From Pseudomonadales bacterium (GTDB taxonomy: Bacteria > Pseudomonadota > Gammaproteobacteria > Pseudomonadales > UBA7239): a stretch of DNA of 64,000 bases. Location: NCBI GenBank assembly GCA_041395785.1, contig JAWKZZ010000003.1:526978-590977 (forward strand), in the 5' to 3' direction. Both the position numbers and the translations under genes were made by a program. The notes below the pieces were generated by a model. It searched no databases and was not told the DNA's origin. It saw nothing but the letters and a program-made list of their open reading frames with translations. Positions 41,652 through 50,676 of the stretch are shown one piece after another; positions within the stretch are counted from its first letter, which is position 1; every line of letters begins with the position of its first letter.

Positions 41652-43419
41652 ACAAAGGCTCTCCATAGTGTTGGGTTAGGCGAAACAGGCCTTCGCAGTC
41701 CAAAATGAGGATGGCATTGCCATTGCCTAATAGGGATACGCCGCTGATTCCAGGAATATTGAGGATATCTTGGTGAATATTGCGCAAAAAAAGATCTTGT
41801 TTTCCTTCAATGCTATCAACATGCAGGGCGATACACTGCGTTTCATTCTGCAGTATCACGAGCAGAATTTTTTTGTTGTTTGTGGATGGCGGCGTTCGCA
41901 GTTGCAGCAATGTGCTAAGCGAATACACAGGCAGTAAATTTCCACGCAAGTCTAGCTGCGAAAAACCTTGGCTGGTGTCGAGTTGCTCAGGTGTGACTTC
42001 GTTGATTTCAACAACTTGCCGAAGTGGGATTGCGAAACATTGACCGCTGGCCTGTATCGCCAGAGTGTTTTGGATGGCGACTGTCATGGGCATGCGCATG
42101 GTAAAGCGTGTGCCGGTGCCGAGTGTGCTTTTAATGGAGATAGAGCCGCCGATGCGCAATAAGTTTTCTCGCACTACATCCAGGCCAGTGGTGCGGTTGG
42201 GTGTATCAGTGCTGAAACCGTGTGAAAAAAGGAAGCTGAGCCAGAATTCTTCAGAAGTGTATTGTGTTGAGTGATTGTCTTCGGTTGTGTCAGATGCTAA
42301 TCCTTTGCTGATAGCTTTGTCGCGTATGCTGCGGTAGTCAATGCCGCGACCGTCGTCTTGAATGTCTAGCTGAATCATGTCGCCATTTTTTTGAGCGGAA
42401 ATATGAATTTTCCCTGTTTCAGATTTGTTGCTGGCTTTGCGTTCATCGGCAGATTCGAGTCCGTGTACAACAGCATTATGCAGCAGGTGAATGATGGGCT
42501 CTGCAATGATATCAATCATGCTCTTGTCGATAGCGATATCGCCGCCATCCGAGAAAAGTTGCACCGTTTTTTGATGAGTAGAGGCTTTTTGTCGAACAAT
42601 ACGCGGTAGGCGAGTAAAAATGGTGGAGAGGGGTATTGCCCGCAGCGACAGCATGCGAGCTTGCAGATTGTCGCTGATGGTTTTGATCTCGGCGTCTATT
42701 TGCAGTAGTGATTTTTGATAATCGGCAAAGGTGCTAAGAAGCGTTGCAAAATGTGCAACAACGGTATGTTTTTCGGCCGCCACTTCATTTTTTAAAGATT
42801 GTTGAGTGGCATAGATGGCGTTGTCTGTCTTGGTTTTTATGGTTGTGCCGTCAATACTGTGTTCGGCCAAAATGAGTTGTGTGATTTGTGTTACCAGCTC
42901 ATCTAGACTGCTGCTGTTGATACGAAGCGTGTCTATTTCTAGCGCTTCCTTCTGTTCGCTGATATTGGATTTTTCGGCGAGTTCAATTTTCTCCGCTGGC
43001 GCTGGATCGGCGAGTAAAAGTTCCTCTTGTTGGCGAAATGGAGCCAGTTTTCTGTGTAGAGCCTCATTGGTGGTGTGAGGGTATTGTCCCGGTGCTGCTT
43101 CTGCCATTTGTTTTTTAATCCAATCCACAGACTCTAGTAGTGCATCGAGAATCTGTTGATTGGGCGCGGTTTTTGATTTTCGCAAGCCGTGCAAAATATC
43201 TTCACAGGCATTGGCAATTTCCATGGGTTCTTTGAAGTCCACCATGGATAAATTGCTTTTTAAGGTGTGGAACTCGCGGAATAGTGCATCAACGGCGTGG
43301 CTGTCATCTGTGTTGCTATCTGGCGAGGCGGCTTTGGTCACCATCGCCTCTAATGTGTCCAGTTTTTCACCCACTTCGGCGGTGAAAACAGGCCACAGTT
43401 GTTCCAGCATGCTGCTCAT
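41641..43419 (-). CDS. CheA-type histidine kinase, short form, with non-canonical G2 box
   Basis: 592 aa. Hpt reads FREFHTLKSNLSMVDF, the N box HLLHNAVVHGLE, G1 DDGRGID and F FSHGFST. The G2 position reads NRTTGLDVV instead of GxGxGxD. The C-terminus is a CheW-like domain. Confidence 0.85.
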   Translation of the reverse strand: MSSMLEQLWPVFTAEVGEKLDTLEAMVTKAASPDSNTDDSHAVDALFREFHTLKSNLSMVDFKEPMEIANACEDILHGLRKSKTAPNQQILDALLESVDWIKKQMAEAAPGQYPHTTNEALHRKLAPFRQQEELLLADPAPAEKIELAEKSNISEQKEALEIDTLRINSSSLDELVTQITQLILAEHSIDGTTIKTKTDNAIYATQQSLKNEVAAEKHTVVAHFATLLSTFADYQKSLLQIDAEIKTISDNLQARMLSLRAIPLSTIFTRLPRIVRQKASTHQKTVQLFSDGGDIAIDKSMIDIIAEPIIHLLHNAVVHGLESADERKASNKSETGKIHISAQKNGDMIQLDIQDDGRGIDYRSIRDKAISKGLASDTTEDNHSTQYTSEEFWLSFLFSHGFSTDTPNRTTGLDVVRENLLRIGGSISIKSTLGTGTRFTMRMPMTVAIQNTLAIQASGQCFAIPLRQVVEINEVTPEQLDTSQGFSQLDLRGNLLPVYSLSTLLQLRTPPSTNNKKILLVILQNETQCIALHVDSIEGKQDLFLRNIHQDILNIPGISGVSLLGNGNAILILDCEGLFRLTQHYGEPLYAA

Positions 43420-43441
43420 GATGGTGTGTCTTGTTCAGTGA

Positions 43442-43867
43442 TTAGAGGCATTTGTGTATTGCATCAAGAAGTTCGCGGCTTTTCTTTTCTTCGAAATCTA
43501 AACTAAGCACGCCAGATGGCTTGGGAATGATGTCTGCAGCGCCCAGTGCCAATGCTTCACGCGCTTCGTTGGAGTCTAGTCTTGCTACAGAGGAAATAAT
43601 AATGACCTTTGCGCTGGTGACTAAACGAGATCGGCGCAAAAACTCAATGCCATCCATATTGGGCATTTCGATGTCGAGTAAAACAATGTCGGGGGATAAT
43701 TCAGACACTTTTTCCAGCGCAATCAAGCCGTCCTCAGCTTCGCCCACGATGCTGAGGGCAGGATCATTTTCTACGATGTTGCGAATGATCCGCCGCATCA
43801 AAAAAGAATCATCCACAATCAACACTTTTAAGGTGTTGGCGGAGGCTGCGGTGGCGGTGTCGTTCAT
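43442..43867 (-). CDS. CheY-like single-domain response regulator
   Basis: ORF 43442..43891, internal Met chosen as start. It reads KVLIVDDS...VLLDIEMPNMDG...IISS...PKP, with all receiver signature residues present. Confidence 0.88.
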   Translation of the reverse strand: MNDTATAASANTLKVLIVDDSFLMRRIIRNIVENDPALSIVGEAEDGLIALEKVSELSPDIVLLDIEMPNMDGIEFLRRSRLVTSAKVIIISSVARLDSNEAREALALGAADIIPKPSGVLSLDFEEKKSRELLDAIHKCL

Positions 43868-43900
43868 GGTGTGTTCTCCGAGTATGCTCAATGCGCGTAG

Positions 43901-45286
43901 TTAAGCTTGTGCTGCCCACTGCTGGTTGAATAGATTGGGGTTGAGCAGAGGAATCAGTTCTTCCTCAACGCGAGCAATGCCGCTCAGTGGTCTGGCATCG
44001 GGTGTTGATTCGCTGTGAATGCTAGAGAGTGGTATTTGCACAATGTGTTGTGCCGCTTCTACGCAGATGGCCCACTCTTGCGCAGCATCACCGACGATAA
44101 TGTATTCATTGTGTGTGTGTTGTTCTATTTTTAGAATCTTTTCAATGGCAAGAACAGGGATAATTTTCCCTTCTATATTGATGGCGCCGCAAATGTTATC
44201 TGTTTTGTCATTGATGGGGTTCATGGGGAAAAATGGAACAATGCGCTTTACATTATGCAGTGGGATGACAAAGGATTTTTCCCCGAGGATGATTTTTAAA
44301 AAGCTGCTCGTTGCTTCTTTTTCAATTAAAGAGCCATTGATGTTTTTTTCTACATAGGGCGTGAGAAAGTTCGCCATATTCTCGTCAATAATTTGTCGTG
44401 GGCTTAATGACAAGGTTGTTGTTTCTTCATGGATAAACATGCCAGAAATTTGTTGACCGCTATCGATTACTGGCTGAAAGCTTTCAAATGGGAATTTTTT
44501 TACGCCCAACAGTTGATTGACCAGCAAGCCATAGAGAGCGCCTTCGCGTTCGACCACAATCAACCAAGATTGTTCGCCAGTGCGGGTTTCTGTCGTGAGT
44601 AAGTCGGCAAGTGCGATGACGGGAATCGTTTGGTCGCGCAGCAGGCAAAAGCCGAGTAGGCCGTTCGGGGCATCGGGGATGGCGGTATAGCTGCCTGCTT
44701 CTACAATTTCAATGACGCTTTGCAGTTCAAAGGCGTATTGATCTTTGCCAATGCCGACGATGAGGCAGGCGATTGTCATGTGTTCTTCAGTGCGGTGATT
44801 GTCGGCAACTTTCCCCAAGATACCTGTAGCCCCCTCGCGCAGTGGGCTGGTTTGGATGAGTTCGCCGATACGCTGCGGGTTGAGAATGTAAACGCGGTTG
44901 TCTGCGTGGGGCGCTATACCGGCCAGCAGGTTCTTGTCGATGGGGGCGTCCGCTTCAACGGGTAATGGTTGGAGGGTTAAGTGTGTGCGCTCAACGATGC
45001 GCTCTGCCTGCAATGCACACAGCGCTCGCCCTGTATCAATCAATATCAGCTCGGTGCGCCCAAGGTGTGTGGTGTCGCTCAGTGTGGCAAGATTGACTTG
45101 GATGGCAATGGCGCCGTCAACATTGACCAAGCCATCGATGCTCGCGGGAACAAAGGGGATGGGCGTGACGGGCAGTGTGGGAATTATTTTGCGCACACAG
45201 ACAGCAGGCAGTGCAAAACAGTGTTTGCCACTGGTAATGACTAGGTGCTGTGTTGCTGTGATTTCATTGTTTTTCATAGATAACAC
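43901..45286 (-). CDS. Multi-CheW-domain scaffold protein (three CheW-like repeats)
   Basis: 461 aa. Three repeats of the pattern (hydrophobic)-F-(A/E)-(L/F)...V..I.....(T/I)P.P each run ~140 aa, beginning HCFALPAVCVRKI, QYAFELQSVIEIV and KSFVIPLHNVKRI. The start is uncertain (GTG 45286 or ATG 45277). Confidence 0.75.
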   Translation of the reverse strand: MLSMKNNEITATQHLVITSGKHCFALPAVCVRKIIPTLPVTPIPFVPASIDGLVNVDGAIAIQVNLATLSDTTHLGRTELILIDTGRALCALQAERIVERTHLTLQPLPVEADAPIDKNLLAGIAPHADNRVYILNPQRIGELIQTSPLREGATGILGKVADNHRTEEHMTIACLIVGIGKDQYAFELQSVIEIVEAGSYTAIPDAPNGLLGFCLLRDQTIPVIALADLLTTETRTGEQSWLIVVEREGALYGLLVNQLLGVKKFPFESFQPVIDSGQQISGMFIHEETTTLSLSPRQIIDENMANFLTPYVEKNINGSLIEKEATSSFLKIILGEKSFVIPLHNVKRIVPFFPMNPINDKTDNICGAINIEGKIIPVLAIEKILKIEQHTHNEYIIVGDAAQEWAICVEAAQHIVQIPLSSIHSESTPDARPLSGIARVEEELIPLLNPNLFNQQWAAQA

Positions 45287-46181
45287 ATTTGTTTTGGCGG
45301 TTTTCGTGATAGAGGTTCGGGACAGCCATCGTGTCTACCAAACTCAACATCAAGCAGCCGCCGTGTTGCAGGGCTTGATGCAGTGCACGAACAATAATTT
45401 TTTGTGGTTCATGATCCATATAGATCAGTGCATTGCGACAAAAAATAACATCGAACTCGCGCTGCGGCGGCAGTGGGTTCATCAAATTATGAAGATCAAA
45501 GTGCACATGGCGCCGCACGCTGTCTTTGATTTGCCAAGTTTTTCTGTCGCTGTCATCACTGCTGATTAAATCAAAAAAACGCAGATAAGCGGGAGGAAAT
45601 TGGCGGAAGGACGAAAGCCCTTCCTGGCGCTGCGTGTAGGTGGCTTCACGCGCGATGCGGATGGCTTGTCGCGAAATATCAGTACCTAAAACCTCCAGTT
45701 TCCAGTCGGCGGGCAAAGTGATATTGCCTCGCGTTGCTTCGTGCGCAATACCCAAGCGCACTAGGGTGTTAAGGGTGAGCATGGTCAGCGTATACGCTTC
45801 TTCACCCGTGGCGCAGGCGGCAGACCAGAGCGATATTTTTTTGATACCACCCTGCTGTTTCTTTTTCTGCACCAACGCTGGAATCACCACATCTTCCAAG
45901 GCGTTCAAATGTGCGCGTTCGCGAAAAAAATAGGTTTCGTGATTGGTTAAATCTTCCACTAAAGCAGCCAGTTGGTTGTTGTTGGCATCGCTTTCAATAC
46001 TGTGCAAAAAAGAAGACAGGTCAGCCGAGTTTTGAAAAATGCGTTCGAGTTTGCGTTGAATTTGTGGGGAAGCACGAAAGCCAGCGAATTGCTTTAGCTG
46101 CTGCATGAGCTGTTCGACCATGCGTGTTGCGACAGATGACTTGGTGTCTGTGTGTGAATAGCTGCTGTGGCTAGTGGCCAT
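45264..46181 (-). CDS. cheR: Chemotaxis protein methyltransferase CheR
   Basis: ORF 45264..46283, with the Met at 46181 preceded by an AGGGGA SD. It reads ETYFFRE, LWSAACATGEEAYTL, VLGTDIS and IFCRNALIYMD. Confidence 0.9.
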   Translation of the reverse strand: MATSHSSYSHTDTKSSVATRMVEQLMQQLKQFAGFRASPQIQRKLERIFQNSADLSSFLHSIESDANNNQLAALVEDLTNHETYFFRERAHLNALEDVVIPALVQKKKQQGGIKKISLWSAACATGEEAYTLTMLTLNTLVRLGIAHEATRGNITLPADWKLEVLGTDISRQAIRIAREATYTQRQEGLSSFRQFPPAYLRFFDLISSDDSDRKTWQIKDSVRRHVHFDLHNLMNPLPPQREFDVIFCRNALIYMDHEPQKIIVRALHQALQHGGCLMLSLVDTMAVPNLYHENRQNKCVIYEKQ

Positions 46182-46215
46182 GCCAATCCCCTGTGAGGTT
46201 TGCAGCAGGGAAAGG

Positions 46216-46662
46216 CTATTGTAGGCAGACCACCAAGGAGGCGGGATACCCATTCCAGAAAAATGGCACAACGCCGATGTCATAGTTGCGCGGGAAGTAG
46301 ATGTGCTCTGGTCTGCCGCTCACAACCACGGGAACCGAAATCATAAAGCCGGAACCCAGGATTTTTCTGGCGTTGCCAGACACAGTGTTGGTGATTTCGC
46401 CGATGACATCGTGGAATAGACTTTCGTCGATTTCGGGTTCGCCCATTGCCAGCAGCACTTGTCCCAACATCTCCTTGGTGGCGGTCAGGTAGATAGAGCC
46501 CTGCTTGTCACCACTGACGCCGATGATGCCGGTGTATTCGCTGGCAGGTGTGCCTGTGGTCTCGGTATGGTAAGACGGCTGGATCTCCAAGTTGCCGCCA
46601 ATATTGGCGGCAAAATAGTGGCGCAGGCTGTCGATAAAAATTTGCAGTTCAGCTTCTTTCAT
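46216..46662 (-). CDS. cheX: CheX-like CheY-P phosphatase (CheC/CheX/FliY family)
   Basis: ORF 46216..46692, with the ATG at 46662 preceded by an AGGAGA SD. YTGIIGVSGDKQGSIYL...DVIGEITNTVSGNARKIL matches the CheX pattern I know. Confidence 0.75.
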   Translation of the reverse strand: MKEAELQIFIDSLRHYFAANIGGNLEIQPSYHTETTGTPASEYTGIIGVSGDKQGSIYLTATKEMLGQVLLAMGEPEIDESLFHDVIGEITNTVSGNARKILGSGFMISVPVVVSGRPEHIYFPRNYDIGVVPFFWNGYPASLVVCLQ

Positions 46663-46688
46663 GGGCCTGGCTCTCCTATCAGACGATG

Positions 46689-47057
46689 TCAACCCTGGGC
46701 TTCCTCGATCAACTCTTCCAATGCCGCGTTGATTTGCTCATCGTCGAAGGGTTTGGTCAAAAAACCTTTGGCACCGTTTTTCATGGCTTGGATGGTGGTG
46801 GCTTTGTCTGACAAGGATGAGATCACCAAGATCAGCACATCGGGCTTGATGGCGACCAAATGTTGCACACATTCCACGCCGTCCATTTCGGGCATGGTGA
46901 GATCCATGGTCACCAGTTCGGGCATCTCGCGTTTGAACACTTCAACGGCCTCTACGCCGTTGCTAGCGGTGAAGAAATCGGTGACTTGATCTAGGGTGAT
47001 CGACCGCTGGATCTTGCGCTGCATGACCGTGGAATCGTCAACAATCAGCATTTTCAT
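46689..47057 (-). CDS. CheY-like single-domain response regulator (first gene of the operon)
   Basis: MKMLIVDDS...VTMDLTMPEMDG...VISS...TKP. It is a canonical receiver of 122 aa. Confidence 0.9.
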   Translation of the reverse strand: MKMLIVDDSTVMQRKIQRSITLDQVTDFFTASNGVEAVEVFKREMPELVTMDLTMPEMDGVECVQHLVAIKPDVLILVISSLSDKATTIQAMKNGAKGFLTKPFDDEQINAALEELIEEAQG

Positions 47058-47206
47058 GGAGCATCCTCAAGTGGTGTGTGAATGGGGTCATGGTTTTACA
47101 AAAGCGCAGGTCTTGTCAATGATTTTACGATCCGAGACGGCGAGTGTGGTTTGCGGTGGGTTCAGGCGTTATCCTTGCGCCCATAAGAAAGTAAAGAGGC
47201 TTCAGC

Positions 47207-48844
47207 ATGGTGAAAGTGGCTATTAGTGACTTGATCGAAAATCAGCTCCAGCAGGAAAAGCAGCTGGAGAAGTTTTTTCGTACAGCCACGCCGCAATCCC
47301 TGAAGGCGCACTTGGCCGACATGCCGGCAGGTGTGTCTGAGCAAATTGCGTATCTAAACGCTGTTTTGAAGGTATTGAGCGAGCTCGATGTGGCTCCTGT
47401 GCAGGTATTTTCTCTGCTGGAGACAGTGCGCCCCGTGGTGTACGAAAAGTTCAATATGCTGACTTCGCGTTTTTTGGGGCGATCAGCCGTGTTTCCAGCG
47501 CGCATCCAAGAGCTACTCGGGCAGGCTGTTGCACTGCTGAGCCACATGACTTCCTCTTACGACAATGTGGTGGAGGAGACGCGCGCGCAGGGCGATAAGC
47601 AGGTATTTATTCTCGGTGCCGCTATTCAGCGTGCTATGGCGGATAAGGCTTTTCTGTTGTACTGCTATTTGCAATTGTATTTGCCGGTGCCGCAGCAAAT
47701 TTGGCGGCAGTTCAACAAGTTGTATTTAATCGCTGCAGAAAATAAATTGCTGATCCAAACCACGCCGGATCCGCTGGTATTTCCGCGCAAGCCGCTCAAC
47801 CTGCGGCAAATTTATCTCTACGCTGTCATGTTGGATTGTTCGGACAGCCGGCATTTGAATTGTGGCGATATTCGCACATTGTCTGAAGCCCTAAAAGATT
47901 GGGTGTCGTACATCAGCATCGTCGACAGTAAATCGGATAAAGAAGAAAACCCGTTGGTGGTCAATTTAGAAGCGCCATCCGGCGCTGTGTTTTATGCCGA
48001 TCTTGGCAATAAATACAGTAGTAAATTGGTTTTTTTGCAGCTGGATAAATTTATTGCCCACCTAAGAGGGTTAAAAAAATATTCATTGCGTGTCAGTATC
48101 AGTGAAGAGTGGCTGTTTGATAAGCCCATGATTGAGCAATTGCTAGATCAGTGGATTGTGCACAAGCCAAAATCCACTGATCGTGTTGAATTGAATGAAG
48201 TGGTGGTGGCGGTGTTGGGTGTGCTGCCTGTGCATTATTATTTGGCAGGGTTTCGCACGCCAGAAGTATTGACGGGCAATGCGGTGTTTGCCGAAAAAGA
48301 CCCTGCCGGTAAGTTGTTGTACGGTGAGTTGCCCACGGCATTTCGCACGCTCACTAGCACTCTGCCAGCAATGAAAATTGAAAAGCCGGAATATGCTTAC
48401 GAGAAAGTGATGGCGGTTGACCAAAGCCCGGGTGGTTACTGTTTGGAGTGGGTCAGTGACGCACAGGATGAATTGTCGGTAGGGAAAATCATTAGTATTC
48501 GCCACAAAATGTCGCCGTATTGGAAGGTTGGTGAAATCGTTTCCATCACGCATACGGACGATAAAAAAGTGCGCACCGGCATCAATTTGATCAGCACAGA
48601 AGCGGTGCCCGTGGTTGCGCGTTTGCTCAATAAAATTGATTCGTTGCCGATTTTATTGTGTCCAGCAGAAAAATCGTTGAATCGAAAAAGCGCAACCGCT
48701 GTCGTGCCGAAGTCGGTTTGCCAGATGGGTGAAAAACTGCAAATCGCACAAATGGGACACACGCGCACGATTCAGTTGATGCAGCCGATCAAACGAAATG
48801 ACAGTTGTATTCTGTTCGAGTGCGCCTATCTCGCTACGGAATAA
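47207..48844 (+). CDS. Hypothetical 545-aa protein with PilZ-like C-terminal beta-barrel
   Basis: No recognisable N-terminal domain. The C-terminus reads VMAVDQSPGGYCLEW...VGKIISIRHK...WKVGEIVSITHTDDKKVRTGINLIS, which fits the PilZ D-x-S-x-x-G core and barrel pattern, but no upstream RxxxR was found. It is divergent from the che operon. Confidence 0.55.
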   Translation: MVKVAISDLIENQLQQEKQLEKFFRTATPQSLKAHLADMPAGVSEQIAYLNAVLKVLSELDVAPVQVFSLLETVRPVVYEKFNMLTSRFLGRSAVFPARIQELLGQAVALLSHMTSSYDNVVEETRAQGDKQVFILGAAIQRAMADKAFLLYCYLQLYLPVPQQIWRQFNKLYLIAAENKLLIQTTPDPLVFPRKPLNLRQIYLYAVMLDCSDSRHLNCGDIRTLSEALKDWVSYISIVDSKSDKEENPLVVNLEAPSGAVFYADLGNKYSSKLVFLQLDKFIAHLRGLKKYSLRVSISEEWLFDKPMIEQLLDQWIVHKPKSTDRVELNEVVVAVLGVLPVHYYLAGFRTPEVLTGNAVFAEKDPAGKLLYGELPTAFRTLTSTLPAMKIEKPEYAYEKVMAVDQSPGGYCLEWVSDAQDELSVGKIISIRHKMSPYWKVGEIVSITHTDDKKVRTGINLISTEAVPVVARLLNKIDSLPILLCPAEKSLNRKSATAVVPKSVCQMGEKLQIAQMGHTRTIQLMQPIKRNDSCILFECAYLATE

Positions 48845-48851
48845 GCCTCGT

Positions 48852-50585
48852 TTGTTGCACAAACAAATTCGCCACTATGTTTCTGAGGAAGACAGCCCGC
48901 CATTAATGGGGGTGCCGTCTATTTTGGCGCGCGTGTATCGCCATCGCGGCGTGCGCAGTGGCGATGAGTTGAATTACAGCTTCGCTCATCTACCTTCGCC
49001 TGATTTACTCAAAGGTTTGCCAGAAGCTTTAGCGTTGCTAGTTGCTGCTTTGCAACAACAGCAGCGCATTTTGGTGGTGGGCGATTTTGATGCCGATGGC
49101 GCGACTTCTACCGCGGTGGCGCTGCGCGGTTTGCGCGCGTTGGGTGCAAAACATGTCGATTTTTTGGTGCCGGATCGTTTCGTCTACGGTTACGGCTTAA
49201 CGCCGGCGATTGTGGAGTTAGCGCAGCAACAGCAGCCAGATTTAATTGTCACGGTTGATAACGGCATTTCCAGTATTGATGGCGTGGCGGCGGCAAAAGC
49301 AGCTGGAGTAAAAGTGTTGGTGACCGATCACCATTTGCCTGGCGCGCAATTGCCCAACGCGGATGCCATCGTCAATCCCAATCAGCCCAACTGCCTGTTT
49401 CCTGATAAAGCACTCGCCGGTGTCGGCGTAATGTTTTATATCTTGTTGGCGTTGCGCAAAAGTTTGCGTGAAACGGGTTGGTTTGCCGAACAAAAGATAA
49501 TCGAGCCAAATTTGGCGAGTTTGTTGGATTTAGTCGCCTTGGGTACGGTGGCGGATGTGGTGCCGCTGTCACACATCAATCGCATTTTGGTGCAGCAGGG
49601 TTTACAGCGCATACGAGCAGGACAGTGTTGTGCCGGTATTCGCGCTTTAGCCGATATTGCTGGCAAAAAATTACCGCGTTTGATGACGACGGATTTTGGT
49701 TTTGCGATTGCGCCGCGTTTGAATGCCGCTGGGCGTTTGGATGATATGAAGCACGGCATTGAATGTTTGCTAACAGATGACCCAGTGTTGGCACAGCAGT
49801 ACGCAGTTGAATTGGATGCCATGAACAAAACGCGGCGTGCAATTCAAGATGATATGCAAAACATTGCGTTGAACGATCCGCGTTTGGCGGCGTGGCAAGA
49901 TGGTGAAGCGCTGCCGTGGAGTTTATGCCTCTACGACAGCAGCTGGCATCAAGGCGTGATCGGCGTATTGGCGGGGAAAATCAAAGACCGTTTTCATCGC
50001 CCTGCCATTATGTTTGCCGATGCGGGAGCAGGTGAAATCAAAGGTTCTGCACGCTCCGTGGCGGGGCTGCATATTCGCGATGCTTTAGACAGCATTGCCG
50101 CGCAGCATCCACACCTCCTGAATAAATTTGGCGGCCACGCCATGGCGGCGGGTTTAACCATTCAGCGTGAGCATTTCTCCCTGTTTGTGGAGTTGTTTGA
50201 GCAGGAAGTGCAACTGTGGCTGGATGAAACCGATTTGGATGCAGTGTTGTTAAGTGATGGTGAGCTGCCTGCTGAAACTATTTCTCTGGAAACAGCGGAA
50301 CAGTTGCGCGCCGCTGGCCCTTGGGGGCAGCGTTTTCCCGAGCCGGTTTTTGATGGCGTGTTTAAAATCATCAATCAAAAATTGGTGGGTGAAAAACACG
50401 TCCGGCTGCGCGTTGCTGCACTCGACGATAAAAGTTTTTTTGATGCGATTGCTTTTAATGTTGACATCGAGCAATGGCCGCCAACAGTCGGCGACTATGT
50501 GCATCTCGCTTATCGTTTGGATGTGAACGAATACAACGGCCAGCGCAGCGTGCAGCTGTTGGTGCAGGGGGTGGGGGAGTTGTAG
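48852..50585 (+). CDS. recJ: Single-stranded-DNA-specific exonuclease RecJ
   Basis: VVGDFDADGATSTA, TVDNGISS, VTDHHLP, GTVADVVPL and GGHAMAAGL (DHH/DHHA1 motifs) are colinear with E. coli RecJ. The start is uncertain: the TTG at 48852 was chosen so as not to overlap the upstream gene, and the ORF track starts at 48798. Confidence 0.9.
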   Translation: MLHKQIRHYVSEEDSPPLMGVPSILARVYRHRGVRSGDELNYSFAHLPSPDLLKGLPEALALLVAALQQQQRILVVGDFDADGATSTAVALRGLRALGAKHVDFLVPDRFVYGYGLTPAIVELAQQQQPDLIVTVDNGISSIDGVAAAKAAGVKVLVTDHHLPGAQLPNADAIVNPNQPNCLFPDKALAGVGVMFYILLALRKSLRETGWFAEQKIIEPNLASLLDLVALGTVADVVPLSHINRILVQQGLQRIRAGQCCAGIRALADIAGKKLPRLMTTDFGFAIAPRLNAAGRLDDMKHGIECLLTDDPVLAQQYAVELDAMNKTRRAIQDDMQNIALNDPRLAAWQDGEALPWSLCLYDSSWHQGVIGVLAGKIKDRFHRPAIMFADAGAGEIKGSARSVAGLHIRDALDSIAAQHPHLLNKFGGHAMAAGLTIQREHFSLFVELFEQEVQLWLDETDLDAVLLSDGELPAETISLETAEQLRAAGPWGQRFPEPVFDGVFKIINQKLVGEKHVRLRVAALDDKSFFDAIAFNVDIEQWPPTVGDYVHLAYRLDVNEYNGQRSVQLLVQGVGEL

Positions 50586-50676
50586 GAGCGTCTTCCACCA
50601 TTTCAACGGCTATCTGTTGGAAGCTGCACGCTGGCATGGTAAAAGAAACTTCAGATAACCTAAAAGGATAAGGTTT

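Noticed and set aside
43452-43904. 150-aa plus-strand ORF antisense to the second cheY, and similar long antisense ORFs inside gltB, the FG-GAP gene, ribD and the cheA genes
   Set aside because: Each lies entirely within a strongly supported gene on the other strand or frame. They have skewed composition, no motifs and no independent start signals.
47058-47206. Sigma-54 or FliA-type promoter for the che operon in the divergent intergenic region
   Set aside because: I found no TGGCAC-N5-TTGC and no TAAAG-N15-GCCGATAA match. There is only a TTGACA hexamer (minus strand, 47119-47114) with a poorly spaced -10, which is not enough to call a promoter.
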